A stretch of 64,000 nt of DNA from an uncultured Verrucomicrobiae bacterium (GTDB lineage: Bacteria > Verrucomicrobiota > Verrucomicrobiia > Chthoniobacterales > UBA10450), in NCBI GenBank assembly GCA_963772365.1, contig CAVYXA010000003.1:1-64000 (forward strand). Reading direction: 5' to 3'. Under the pieces are notes generated by a model that saw only the letters and a program-made list of their open reading frames with translations, had not been told where the DNA came from and searched no databases. Shown here piece after piece: positions 19,242-29,470 of this stretch. How positions within the stretch are numbered: the stretch's first letter is position 1; every line of letters begins with the position of its first letter. Made by a program: the position numbers and the translations under genes.

Positions 19242-20109
19242 GGGGAAATTTACGATTTACGATTTTGGATTTTCGATTTAGCTGGCCGATGCGGGTCAAC
19301 ACTAGATTCGGGAATTTTCGTTGCCAATTTTTTTCCAAACGGGCGCGTTGACGCGGCGAGATGGCGAAAAGAAGTTCGTAGTCTTCGCCGTCACCAATGG
19401 CATTGTCGATGTTAGCGTTGCGGGCCAGAGGCAGATTTTCGACATCGACCTCAAAACCCACGTTGCTGGCTCGCGCAAGACGCGGAAGATCGGCGCCGAG
19501 ACCGTCGCTGAGATCCATCATCGCGTGAATTGTGAAGTTCTGCGTTAACCAGCGAGATTCAACGATGCGCGGCGTGAATCGTAAATGCTTTCCCTTGATC
19601 GCGCCACCGAGTCGACCGGTGACAAAGAGGTCATCCCCGGGTTTGCCGCCATGCCTCGAGGTCCAACGATTCTTTTCGACAAAGCCACTCACGCTCACAG
19701 AAATAGCAGCTGGTCCTTGAATCGCGCTGGTTTCGCCCCCCACGATGCTTACCCGAAACTGGCGCGCCGCCTCGCGCAAGCCGCGATAAAATTTCGTGAC
19801 CCATTCGCGTTCGGTTTGTTTCCGGACAATGAGTGTGATCAAGGCAAACTGGGGAATGGCGGAAGCGGCGGCGAAATCGCTGAGCGGACGCATCATCGCT
19901 TTCCATCCGATATCCGAGGCATTAGCCCGAGGCAAAAAGTGAATCCCCTCGACCACACAGTCTGTTTTCAGGACCAGTAGATTCTTGCTCGAAGGAAACC
20001 TCACGATTGCGCAATCATCGCCGGGTCCACTTACCATCGAGGAAGCGCGTGGCAGGCGAGATATAAGGTGAGCCAACAGCCGATCTTCGCCCAGATTCGC
20101 TAATCTCAT
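19219..20109 (-). CDS. thiL: Thiamine-phosphate kinase
   Basis: GPGDDCA, VGGET, MDLSDGL and GEDYELLF motifs. Confidence 0.92.
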   Translation of the reverse strand: MRLANLGEDRLLAHLISRLPRASSMVSGPGDDCAIVRFPSSKNLLVLKTDCVVEGIHFLPRANASDIGWKAMMRPLSDFAAASAIPQFALITLIVRKQTEREWVTKFYRGLREAARQFRVSIVGGETSAIQGPAAISVSVSGFVEKNRWTSRHGGKPGDDLFVTGRLGGAIKGKHLRFTPRIVESRWLTQNFTIHAMMDLSDGLGADLPRLARASNVGFEVDVENLPLARNANIDNAIGDGEDYELLFAISPRQRARLEKNWQRKFPNLVLTRIGQLNRKSKIVNRKFPRGYVHFE

Positions 20110-20921
20110 TGCTGAGAGAGCTCGGGAAAAGCGAGCACGATGAGTGAGAGCGAGTTGAAAAGCGAATGCATTGACATCGAGACGAGAATAGAACCGCTCC
20201 ATTCATAAGCGATGGTGAAGCAGATTCCGAGAACCAGAAGGGGCGCAAATGAAGGTAAATGGGTATGAACGGCGGCAAAAAGGATGGCGTTCACAATGAT
20301 GCCGAACGAGCGGCCGAAATAGCGGCGGAGCACGCCATACAGGAAAAACCGAAAGAGAAACTCTTCGGCCACTGGCGCAATGGCAATGGCGAAGACGATG
20401 ATCATGATTCTCTGCCCGATCGTGTGTGAGGCACTGAACAGCTCAACGATGCCTTGTTTGCTCGAGCCGCCCCCGAGGAAACTTTGAGTAACGATCTCGG
20501 CCAGCGACACGATAGGATAAGCAGCCAGGAGGAGAACGATTCCGGTGACGAGCGCGCGAAGAAAACCGATTTTGGAAAACCCGCCTAGCGAATTGATATT
20601 GAAACCGCGGAATTTCAGAACCGCCAGGATCGACAAAACTATCGCAACCTCAACGACCAGGTTCAGAGCAACGATACGCGTATTGAGTTCCATCGCCTTT
20701 CCGGAAGCTGAGCTGACCAGGCCAAGCAAAAGAAAGCAGATCAATATCCAGGCCAGAATCGCTTCAGGCATTCCAAATTGCCTCGCCGACTCTTCCAGTG
20801 GCGATTCGCTGCGGGAACTAATCTGCCGAATCAACGCCAGATAGACGTAAAGCGCGACCAGCAGCAGAACGATGCTCACCAGACCTCCGAGCGCCGCCAT
20901 GAACAGGCTGTCGGCAAACAT
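20106..20921 (-). CDS. CPBP (CAAX/Abi) intramembrane metalloprotease
   Basis: EEFLFR, FAAVH and HSLFN motifs. Confidence 0.9.
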   Translation of the reverse strand: MFADSLFMAALGGLVSIVLLLVALYVYLALIRQISSRSESPLEESARQFGMPEAILAWILICFLLLGLVSSASGKAMELNTRIVALNLVVEVAIVLSILAVLKFRGFNINSLGGFSKIGFLRALVTGIVLLLAAYPIVSLAEIVTQSFLGGGSSKQGIVELFSASHTIGQRIMIIVFAIAIAPVAEEFLFRFFLYGVLRRYFGRSFGIIVNAILFAAVHTHLPSFAPLLVLGICFTIAYEWSGSILVSMSMHSLFNSLSLIVLAFPELSQQ

Positions 20922-20933
20922 GCGGTGGCCCGT

Positions 20934-21932
20934 TTACGGAGCGTAATAGCTCGGCAGAAAATAAGCGCGACCCGATTCGAGCTGGGGAACTAGTTGTCGC
21001 GGGAGCTGGAGTTCGATTTTGGAATCGGCCTGGCTAAACATCCGGAACAGATGCCCGAGACTGAACGGCGCAACATATTTCACGATTTTTGCATCCGGGG
21101 CGTGGCCGAGCTCCTTTGCTTTGGCGTAGGCGTCCTCAATCTGCCCCAGACCGTCGATTAATTTATTATTCAGTGCGTCTCTGCCGGAAAGTATACGACC
21201 ATCGGCAACAGTGTTGCGGAGGAGGTCGGCCGAAAGATTTCGCTCCGAGGCGACAATCCCGAGAAATTTCTCGTACGTTTTCATCACGAAACTCTGCACC
21301 AGCTCGCGTTCTTCCGGAGTGACCGGTCGCGCGCCATTGAGCATGTCCTTGAACTTTCCGCTCTTAAAGATAACCGCGGCCAGCCCGATCTTATTAAACA
21401 ATTGCTCATAATTCAGCGTTTGAATGATAACGCCGATGCTCCCAGTAATGGTCGTGTCGTTTGCCATTAGGTATCTTCCGCCGCAGGAAACATAGTAGCC
21501 TCCCGAAGCGGCCAACGATTCCATGTAAACGACGACGGGCTTTCTCGCCCGCGCCTCAACTACCGCATGATAGATCTGATCGGCAGCAGTCACTTCGCCA
21601 CCGGGTGAGTCGATTTCCAGCACGATCGCCTTGACGCGACGATCATCACGCGCCTGCTGCAATGCCGCACGCATGTCTTCCACCATGTTCTCTCGGGCAT
21701 TGCCAGGAACCGAAGAGCTGATCAGGCCGCGCAGAGTGATTACGACGATTTTGTCAGGACCGCCCCGTTCCAACAGTGCTTCTCTAAACAGCGGGAGCGG
21801 CTCTGCTTCGCGGACCACCGATCCGCTGATGCGTTGAAAGGCTGCGATCAGCAGAATGAAATTGAAGAAGACGCTGGCGCAAAGCGCTACGAACAAAAAG
21901 ATACTAAGACACCCAAGCCTGCGATCCGCCAT
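20934..21932 (-). CDS. sppA: Signal peptide peptidase SppA (S49)
   Basis: IDSPGG, AASGGYY, TGSIGV and KSGKFKD motifs. Confidence 0.92.
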   Translation of the reverse strand: MADRRLGCLSIFLFVALCASVFFNFILLIAAFQRISGSVVREAEPLPLFREALLERGGPDKIVVITLRGLISSSVPGNARENMVEDMRAALQQARDDRRVKAIVLEIDSPGGEVTAADQIYHAVVEARARKPVVVYMESLAASGGYYVSCGGRYLMANDTTITGSIGVIIQTLNYEQLFNKIGLAAVIFKSGKFKDMLNGARPVTPEERELVQSFVMKTYEKFLGIVASERNLSADLLRNTVADGRILSGRDALNNKLIDGLGQIEDAYAKAKELGHAPDAKIVKYVAPFSLGHLFRMFSQADSKIELQLPRQLVPQLESGRAYFLPSYYAP

Positions 21933-22127
21933 AAAACGACAGGAAAGTGCCGGAGAACCTGCTGACGCACAAGCGGTTTCCAATTCACCCGGTATCTTTG
22001 CATTTTTGCCGCGCAAAGTTTTCAGGTCACGAGTTTTGTCTGGTTGTGTTCACCCAAAAAAAGTTCCACACAGAAGATGTAGCGTCAGCGATGGTTTCGT
22101 GTGACTGTCGTCGAAATTCTTGGGGCG

Positions 22128-22421
22128 ATGAAATTGCGGCACTTAAGGGACCGGTATGCTGGCCTGGAAGCTGCTCAAAGAGGACGCACGCAAATTATGA
22201 ACAGCAGCGGCCATTCCTTCTCCGGCGAATCTCCTCCGGGACCCAGCCGGCGACCCAAAGCGAGGCGAGGGAAGCCGCGCGGTCGTCCGAAAAAAGCTGT
22301 TTCGGTTTCCGACCCGAATGGTGATCTAGAGTTGGCCGCTCCCGGCAGTCTAACCAGGACCAAAGCGCTTCTTTTGGCAGCGCTGCGAGTCTGGGAACTC
22401 AAACATCGAATCGGAGATTGA
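22128..22421 (+). CDS. Small hypothetical protein with AT-hook-like motif
   Basis: RGKPRGRPKK; start uncertain (22101 or 22128). Confidence 0.35.
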   Translation: MKLRHLRDRYAGLEAAQRGRTQIMNSSGHSFSGESPPGPSRRPKARRGKPRGRPKKAVSVSDPNGDLELAAPGSLTRTKALLLAALRVWELKHRIGD

Positions 22422-22519
22422 GCGCGGTTCGCGTGCTGCGATTCGCCGATTGTAGAATTCTCGATTCACCAGAGATTGATTTCCACGCATTGTGCGGCGA
22501 CATATTGCCGCGGTCATCT

Positions 22520-22593
22520 GCGCCCGTAGCTCAGCCGGATAGAGCAACGGATTTCTAATCCGTCGGTCGGGTGTTCGAGTCACCCCGGGCGCG
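22520..22593 (+). tRNA. tRNA-Arg(TCT), CCA not encoded
   Basis: Acceptor stem GCGCCCG/CGGGCGC, anticodon arm ACGGA-TTTCTAA-TCCGT, GTTCGAGT T-loop. Confidence 0.93.
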
Positions 22594-22633
22594 CTTCGCT
22601 CTGAACTGGGGTCGACAATCGCAGGCGAGCCGA

Positions 22634-23050
22634 TTAGTAAAGTTGCCCGCTAGCCTGCTTGATCGTGAACATCGATGCAGTCTGCGGACTGTAGCTTTCG
22701 GGATAAACCGGTTCGCAACCGAAGCGGATATCCAGAACAGCTGTCTTGGTAGGCGTGTTCGGAACAGTCCAATAGAAAAATGTCGCCTTCGGGTCCAGTA
22801 ACGGTGTAATCAACATTGGATAGCTTTTACCGCCGTCCAAAGAGAGAAAAACCTCCAGCTCGCACCACGATGGATCGATCGGGTTCGGAATGTTTGCTCG
22901 CCACTCCACTTTGACGCGTTGGCCGGGGACAAGAACTGCTCCGGATTTGGGCGAGATTAGTGTGGCTGAATAGCTGCCGGTGTTCCCTTTTGCGGGAGAG
23001 AAGGCGAATGCCATTAACAGCAACGTGACAATCACTGCAGGGGTCTTCAT
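22634..23050 (-). CDS. Secreted hypothetical protein, Ig-like
   Basis: Signal peptide; SPKSG...VEW, SLDGGKSY and FYWTVP motifs. Confidence 0.7.
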   Translation of the reverse strand: MKTPAVIVTLLLMAFAFSPAKGNTGSYSATLISPKSGAVLVPGQRVKVEWRANIPNPIDPSWCELEVFLSLDGGKSYPMLITPLLDPKATFFYWTVPNTPTKTAVLDIRFGCEPVYPESYSPQTASMFTIKQASGQLY

Positions 23051-23140
23051 GGTTTGGTCCTCCGTTTAATTAGTAAAGAATCGAAGGATCAATCAGGGCC
23101 AAGTCAAGACGTTTGTAAGTAGATTACGGAAATGTAATTG

Positions 23141-23234
23141 TCATCGCGCCGTATTCCCGACCTGTTTTCTTTCGTGTTCGAGCAACCATTTCTTGCGCCA
23201 CAATCCGCCCCCCATATCCGCACAGTGTCCCATC
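23141..23234 (-). pseudogene. Orphan 3' end of an ada/ogt gene
   Basis: DGTLCGYGGGLWRKKWLLEHER-KQVGNTAR-stop, with one extra G in a homopolymer; matches ada 28427-28492. Confidence 0.88.
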
Positions 23235-23406
23235 CCGCAGGGCCGTATTGCGAGCTGCTGTGAGAGATCGTTTGCAACAAAAGGTTTCCGAGGCCATCGA
23301 AGATTGGGATCGTCGCCGACACAGCTGAAAATAGTTGGCGGCATTTGGCATCGACGTCGGTGAGACTTACGCTAGCTCACAAGTGGCTGTGCTTCGACAT
23401 ATCGGC

Positions 23407-26238
23407 TTACTGTAAGGTTACGCGATTAGATTCAGGCGGGATCGCATTTCCCGAGCGTGATTTCACCAGCACCACGTCCGAGGCGCTGATTGCTCCATTG
23501 AGAGTCACATCCTCGCGGAAATTAGTCATATTCACCGATGTGCCCGCCTGCGCTTTGGTTTGGGCAATGTCGGAAGCGTTAACAGTCTTATCCCCTGAGG
23601 TGTCTCCAATCAGCATGTTTATATCCACCGCCTTATCCGGCAATATTTGAGAAAAGCTGTCGGTCACATTGCTCAGGGTAACTGTAATTTTCTGCACATC
23701 CGCAACGTCGGTCAGATTCACAGTCATCGTATTGTCAACGAATACCGGACTTCCCGCGACGCTGCCTATTCCGGTTGTAACGGTTGCGTTGCCGCTCACG
23801 ACGGTGTTGCTAAATGTAAAGACTAACGTGTGATTTCCACCGCTTGATCGGCATTCCACACCCGGTTGACCTGGAATTAGAAGATGAATATCGAACGGTC
23901 CCAATCCACCATGGATCTTGCGTGAAACGCCATCGGTAAGTTGCAGCGCAGGGCCGGCAGCAGCACTCAAGTTTAAGTCAATGTTACCCGCACCATCATA
24001 GCTAAAGGTGCCGGTAAACCCTGCGTTGGTGATAGTCCATGATGCCTCACCACCGGGATCGGCAGCGAGACCCGTAATGATGGCATCATACATACCAGGT
24101 TGCACGCCGGCGTCGAGAAAGGTGAAGCGTTGATTGGGAGCAAAGGTCCAGGTTCCCCCTGTTCGGGCCAAAGTTGAATGCGCGCCGGGAGCACCCAGTA
24201 CAAGCTCGATGATCGAACCGGAATTGAGCGTAAGGTTATTTGCCACATTTAGAGAACCACTTGCGGTGGTCGCATCGCCGCCCAAGAGAGCGGCGCCTGA
24301 GTTGACCGTGACCGGGCCGCCGATCGTGCTGATGCCGCCGAGTACGCTGCCGGTGTTGGTCACCGTTACCGCTCCGCTGCCTGTGCCTGAACCGGTGAAG
24401 TTATTGGCCAGGAGCCTGCCGCCATTAACCATCGTGCCTCCGGTATAGGTATTGGCGCCGGTGAGCCGCAACGTTGCTGTGCCGACCTTCGTAAACGAAC
24501 CTCCTGTGCCTCCGCCAACGCCGCCATCCTGCATTATTCCGGAAAAGATCGTAGTTAGGTTCGTGATGCCTGAGATTAGGTTCCCGCCACCCAGGAAAAT
24601 ATTTCCATTGTCCTCGATCGAGCCGACCGTCACGGCCCCTGAGCCGCTGGTGTCGAAATTGCCGGTGCCGAGAAGTTCGAAGCGCGACGACGCGGTAACT
24701 GGGGCGAAACTACTATACTGAATCGAACCGTCATTAGCGATCAGCGTTCCGCCGGCGATTTGGGTGCCGCTGCCTCCACCATTGAGCTTAACGACCGAGC
24801 CGGCCAGCGCCTGAATCGTGCCATTGGTGTTGGTGATATTGAGGGAACTAAGGTTGAGGGTCGAACCATCGGAAGCTTGCAGTATTCCATTATTGACGAA
24901 GTCACCGACAGCATCCGCTGGTCTAACGGTAGCTCCATTGCTAAGGTTCGCGTTGACCACTCCATTGTTGGTGAAGCGCAGCGATGGCTGCAGGCTAAAG
25001 CTGCCCTCAAGCGTCATGCTGCTGCCGAGCGTGAGCCGTTCGCCGCCGTTCTGGCCAACGATCTGATTCTGCTGCGTGTTTGAAGAAGCAATAACGCCCG
25101 CTCCGGTAATGGTCACATCGTTTTCCATGCGCAGGGTGGTGGTGTTGGGATTGGAGCTCAGCATTAGCACGCCGTTGTTTGTCAACGTCCCCATGAGTTG
25201 CAACGTCGTGAAATTCGGGATATTGAGAAAGCCGGTGTTAGTCAGATCCTGAAGCGTCGCGATGTCGAACGGTTCGATCACGCCGCCGCTGCCCGTCAGG
25301 TCCGCGGTAGTAAGTGTCCCGCCGACGATCATCGGATTATTGCTGAGACTAACGAATGAGCCGGCTAGCGCCTTGATCGTGCCGTTAGTGTTCGTGTAAA
25401 TTATGTTTCCGCCGTTTCCGCTGTTGTGTAACGTGAGTGTGGCGCCATTGGAAGCTTGCAGTGTCCCGTTGTTGATCGATCCGGCGGCGGTGATCGGATC
25501 GAGCGTCATTCCCTGGCTTACGTTCGCGTTAAAAATTCCATTGTTGGTAAAACTCATGTTCCCAAGCGTCAAGCTGCCTTCGATCGTTTGGCTCGCGCCG
25601 ATCGTCAGCCGCTCCGTGCCATTGTCTCCGACGAGGCGGTTGCCTATAACATTCGATCCAGAAAGCGTACCTGACCCGTTGAGTGTTACATCGCCCGTGA
25701 TGTTCAGGTTCGTGACGTTACCAACCTGCGACTGGTTAATCGTGATGGTGCCGTTGTTAGTCAGCGTCGGGGTTTGAATATGAAGAGTGCTGACATGATT
25801 CACCATGATCAGGCTCCCGGAATTATTCGTGATGCTTCCGGCCTGGAGAAGGTTGTTGTCGCCGCTTGGGATCGCGACGGTGCCGCTGTTGGTGAATGCC
25901 CCGCTCGTCGTCATCGAATTAAGACCGGTGAACAAAAGCGTCGCGTTCGGATTATCGATCGTGAAGAAACCGATATTGGGCGAAGCGTTGAGTGTGATCG
26001 TGTAGGTGGCGGCGCCCGGTACCGTGCCCGAATCGCCGGGGTTAAGCGGTACGCCCGTGGGCGACCACTTCGTCCCATCACTGTAATTGCCGCTCGTCCC
26101 AGTGAACCAGGTGTACGCGGTGTCGGGCGCTGCGCTCCACGTCGCGCTGCCGGCAAAGGAGGATATCGTTGCGCCTAAGAAGGCGAGCACGGTGGAAAAA
26201 AGCGCGAGCGCGTTGTTTTTCTTTACTGTTAGTTTCAT
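23407..26238 (-). CDS. Secreted beta-helix/adhesin-like protein with autotransporter-associated beta-strand repeat and C-terminal dockerin-like domain
   Basis: TKVGTATLRLTGANTYTGGT; GDTSGDKTVNASD and DVTLNGAISASD repeats; signal peptide. Confidence 0.85.
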   Translation of the reverse strand: MKLTVKKNNALALFSTVLAFLGATISSFAGSATWSAAPDTAYTWFTGTSGNYSDGTKWSPTGVPLNPGDSGTVPGAATYTITLNASPNIGFFTIDNPNATLLFTGLNSMTTSGAFTNSGTVAIPSGDNNLLQAGSITNNSGSLIMVNHVSTLHIQTPTLTNNGTITINQSQVGNVTNLNITGDVTLNGSGTLSGSNVIGNRLVGDNGTERLTIGASQTIEGSLTLGNMSFTNNGIFNANVSQGMTLDPITAAGSINNGTLQASNGATLTLHNSGNGGNIIYTNTNGTIKALAGSFVSLSNNPMIVGGTLTTADLTGSGGVIEPFDIATLQDLTNTGFLNIPNFTTLQLMGTLTNNGVLMLSSNPNTTTLRMENDVTITGAGVIASSNTQQNQIVGQNGGERLTLGSSMTLEGSFSLQPSLRFTNNGVVNANLSNGATVRPADAVGDFVNNGILQASDGSTLNLSSLNITNTNGTIQALAGSVVKLNGGGSGTQIAGGTLIANDGSIQYSSFAPVTASSRFELLGTGNFDTSGSGAVTVGSIEDNGNIFLGGGNLISGITNLTTIFSGIMQDGGVGGGTGGSFTKVGTATLRLTGANTYTGGTMVNGGRLLANNFTGSGTGSGAVTVTNTGSVLGGISTIGGPVTVNSGAALLGGDATTASGSLNVANNLTLNSGSIIELVLGAPGAHSTLARTGGTWTFAPNQRFTFLDAGVQPGMYDAIITGLAADPGGEASWTITNAGFTGTFSYDGAGNIDLNLSAAAGPALQLTDGVSRKIHGGLGPFDIHLLIPGQPGVECRSSGGNHTLVFTFSNTVVSGNATVTTGIGSVAGSPVFVDNTMTVNLTDVADVQKITVTLSNVTDSFSQILPDKAVDINMLIGDTSGDKTVNASDIAQTKAQAGTSVNMTNFREDVTLNGAISASDVVLVKSRSGNAIPPESNRVTLQ

Positions 26239-26375
26239 GGGGTTTTTTGTTTTATCTTCGATTAAGGGGTTTATAATTCGCATCATTACAGCGAGAAGCT
26301 TATTACAAACGTGGCGCGGAATCTGGTCGTTTAGCGGAAATTGCGCGCCAATTTGGCGGAAATGTCTTGCGGCAG

Positions 26376-28310
26376 ATGGGAAAAGCAGCTGACAAAAGTT
26401 TTGTTTTTGCCGAGTTCAATCTCCACGCCGAACTGCGAACGCTTCAACGCAAGGGCGCGCCCATTCACCTCGCGAAACGACCGTTTGATGTTCTACTTTT
26501 CCTGATTCAAAATCGTGAGCGAGTAGTCAGCCGCGAGGAATTGCTCAATCGGTTTTGGGGCGGACACCAGGTTTATGACGACGCTTTGAGAAAATGCGTC
26601 GGCACGATTCGGACGGCGTTGGGCGATTTGGGAAAATCGCCGCGCTTTATCGAAACCCGTCGCGGAAGCGGTTTTCGTTTTATCGGCTCGGTATCGGAAG
26701 CGCCTGCCTTTGTGGAGAGGTTAACTCCGAGTCAATTATTAGTTAGCAATTACAAAGTAGAAAACCAAGAACCACGAACAAAGAACAATGGAAATGAGCG
26801 AGAAAAACAAACCTCAGAATTCTCGCTTAAGAATCGCAAACTTCCTTTCGTTGTCGTTACCGCCGTTTTAATCTCGCTCACGGCTCTTGGTTTTTTCGCG
26901 TATCGCCGCCAGGTAACATCTGTCGAACCGAAGACCTTAGCTGAAGCGGTTTCGGCCAGGCGTTCGATTGCGATTTTGCCGCTTAAGAATCTAACCGGCG
27001 CCGCCGCAAATGATTATCTTTCCGACGGCATAACGGAAAGTTTGATCAACGAACTTTCGCGTATCGGATCGCTCAAAGTCATCTCGCGCAGTTCCGTTTT
27101 TCAATTCAAAAATAAAGAGGCGCCGCCCCGGGAGATCGGAGAAAAACTTGGCGTGGAAACGATTCTCGAAGGTGGTCTGCGTGAGAGCGGCGATCAGGTT
27201 CGCGTCGAGGTGCGGCTGGTCAACACAAAGGACGGGAGTGTGAGGTGGGCGAGCGATTCCGAGCAGAAAAAACTGGCCGATATTTTTGCAATTCAAGACC
27301 GCATCACTTGTCAAATCGTCACCGAATTGAAAGTAAAACTCTGCGGCGACACCGTACCAACCTCGCGCTCCACCCAGAACATCAAAGCCTATCAACTTTA
27401 TCTGCAAGGATTGTATCAGCGCAATCAACTCACGAAAGAGAATCTGCAAAAAGCTATCGAATTTTATGAAGAAGCCCTGCGCGTCGAACCGAATTACGCC
27501 TTGGCGCATGATGGTCTGGCAGAGGTCTACATGGTGATGGAATTCAATTCGCTCGTTCCGCCCGGAACAGCCGCGCCAAAAGCCGACTTTCATGCGCAGA
27601 AAGCTCTGGAATTGGATAGTTCGCTCGCTGGTCCGTACATCGTTTTGGGGGCGGTCCGGACGATGCAGAATTACGATTTGAAGACGCGTGAAAGTTATTA
27701 CCGCCAAGCGTTGCTCAAAAATCCGAACCACCGAACGGCGCATCTTTGGCTGGCAAATAATCTTACGGTACAGGGAAAATTCGAGGAAGCCGAAAGGGAG
27801 ATTCTTCGCGTGCAGGAGCTCGACCCGCTTTCCTTCGGCGTGAGAATGCACTTATCGGAACTTTATTATTATTGGCGCAAGCCCGACCAATCAATCGAGC
27901 AAGCCGAACTGATGCTCGCCGCCAACCCGGAAAATAAAGGCACATACAGTTTTCTGGCCAAGGCTTACGCGCAAAAGGGCGAATTCGATAAAGCCTTTGC
28001 CGCACTGGAAAAAAATCCAACCGACGATATTAATCGCGTTTACATTCTGGCCTTAGCCGGACGCACGGCCGAAGCGCGAAACATCACCGAAGCCGTTGCC
28101 AAATCGGAGGCCGGAAGCAAGAACCCGTATTGTGTCGGCGCGATGTATGCCGCGATCGGCGAACGCGAAAAGGCGTTGGCGTGGCTCGAAAAATCTTACG
28201 TGATGCGCCAAGCCGATCTAGTTTCAATGAAAATTGATCCGCCGCTCGATAACTTGCGGGATGATGAACATTTTCGAGATCTGCTGCGGCGGGTTCATTT
28301 GACGGAATAA
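26376..28310 (+). CDS. CadC/OmpR-type winged-helix regulator with TM, TolB-like and TPR domains
   Basis: FIETRRGSGFRFIG, SIAILPLKNL, YLSDGITESLI and TPR repeats. Confidence 0.88.
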   Translation: MGKAADKSFVFAEFNLHAELRTLQRKGAPIHLAKRPFDVLLFLIQNRERVVSREELLNRFWGGHQVYDDALRKCVGTIRTALGDLGKSPRFIETRRGSGFRFIGSVSEAPAFVERLTPSQLLVSNYKVENQEPRTKNNGNEREKQTSEFSLKNRKLPFVVVTAVLISLTALGFFAYRRQVTSVEPKTLAEAVSARRSIAILPLKNLTGAAANDYLSDGITESLINELSRIGSLKVISRSSVFQFKNKEAPPREIGEKLGVETILEGGLRESGDQVRVEVRLVNTKDGSVRWASDSEQKKLADIFAIQDRITCQIVTELKVKLCGDTVPTSRSTQNIKAYQLYLQGLYQRNQLTKENLQKAIEFYEEALRVEPNYALAHDGLAEVYMVMEFNSLVPPGTAAPKADFHAQKALELDSSLAGPYIVLGAVRTMQNYDLKTRESYYRQALLKNPNHRTAHLWLANNLTVQGKFEEAEREILRVQELDPLSFGVRMHLSELYYYWRKPDQSIEQAELMLAANPENKGTYSFLAKAYAQKGEFDKAFAALEKNPTDDINRVYILALAGRTAEARNITEAVAKSEAGSKNPYCVGAMYAAIGEREKALAWLEKSYVMRQADLVSMKIDPPLDNLRDDEHFRDLLRRVHLTE

Positions 28311-28311
28311 A

Positions 28312-28336
28312 CTGTCACGCCGTCGGCTGTGACAGC
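28312..28336. terminator. Hairpin between convergent genes
   Basis: CTGTCAC...GTGACAG inverted repeat right after the regulator stop. Confidence 0.35.
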
Positions 28337-28411
28337 TCCCGTCATCGTGAGGCGCCAATATTAAGACCACGAATGCCGTTGAGAAGACCTCGACTACGCT
28401 GCGCACCAACT

Positions 28412-29470
28412 TCAGTTTCTGAATCTTCGCTCGTGTTCGAGCAGCCATTTTTTGCGCCACAAACCGCCGCCATAACCGCACAAGGTTCCATCGGCACGAA
28501 TGACGCGATGGCAGGGGATGACGATGCAGATCATATTCTGACCATTTGCCCGGCCCGCGGCTCGCCGCATCTCGGCATCGCCTAACTGTTTCGCCATCCA
28601 CGAATACGAGCGCGTTTCGCCCACTGGAATCGAGCGCAAAATTTTCCACGCCCGGAGTTGAAATGGCGAGCCGACCGGCGCTAGCGGAACATCAAACTCG
28701 AAACTTTTTCCGGAGAAATAATCGGCGAGTTGCGAGCGCAACGTGTCGAGATGTCGATGTTCGCCCGGCACGATGTTCGTTCGCAATCGTGCCCGCAAGA
28801 TCGACAGTTCACTCTCAGTCGCGCGCCGATCGATGAACTCGAGCAAGCGCACCCCCTCATCATCCGACACCGCGATCATCGGCCCAAGCGGCGTTTCAAT
28901 CCGCTGCGCAAACAAACCGGTTTGCGCCTTCGCCACGGAAGGTGCTTCGCCAAACATTTTCGTGAACGCCTCGCGAAATCCGCTTTCGGAGCCGAATCCG
29001 CTGCCGTTTCTAGCTTGATCGACCCGGCTACCTCGACGGACTTCCCGCAACGCGAGCCCAAGTCGGCGGGCGCGATGATAAGCCTGAAAGGTCATTCCAT
29101 AGTGGCGCTTAAACTGTCGCCGCGCAGTAGACGGATCGATCGACATCGACAGGAGTTCCTTATCGGTTAATCGTCCGCCCGGTGCGCGTTCCACTTCGGC
29201 GCGCAGTCGTTCGATCAGCAGCGGGGGCGGCGCGGTCGGATCTAGTGGGTGACAGCGCAAGCAAGGGCGATATCCCGCGTCCAGCGCTTCGCTCGGCGAA
29301 GCAAAGAAATCGACATTTTCCCGCGCGGGTTTTTTGGCTGAACACGTTGGCCGACAAAAGGTTCCAGTCGTCCGGACGCCCACGCAGAAGATTCCTTCAA
29401 AACTGGTGTCCCGCTTGACTAGCGCGCGATACATCGTTTCCGGCGGCGGAAGAAGATCGAGAGTTTTCAT
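28412..29470 (-). CDS. ada: Bifunctional Ada regulator / O6-methylguanine-DNA methyltransferase
   Basis: FCRPTC...CLRC Ada Zn site, AraC-like HTH, IPCHRV active site. Confidence 0.93.
   Translation of the reverse strand: MKTLDLLPPPETMYRALVKRDTSFEGIFCVGVRTTGTFCRPTCSAKKPARENVDFFASPSEALDAGYRPCLRCHPLDPTAPPPLLIERLRAEVERAPGGRLTDKELLSMSIDPSTARRQFKRHYGMTFQAYHRARRLGLALREVRRGSRVDQARNGSGFGSESGFREAFTKMFGEAPSVAKAQTGLFAQRIETPLGPMIAVSDDEGVRLLEFIDRRATESELSILRARLRTNIVPGEHRHLDTLRSQLADYFSGKSFEFDVPLAPVGSPFQLRAWKILRSIPVGETRSYSWMAKQLGDAEMRRAAGRANGQNMICIVIPCHRVIRADGTLCGYGGGLWRKKWLLEHERRFRN

Noticed and set aside
23235..23400. Possible NHL-repeat remnant (FDGLGNL-FVAND)
   Set aside because: Too short and requires a frameshift; unsupported without a search.
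11337..27851. Long antisense or shadow ORFs (e.g. 11337-12152, 17179-18123, 26991-27851)
   Set aside because: They lie opposite well-supported genes and have no recognisable motifs.
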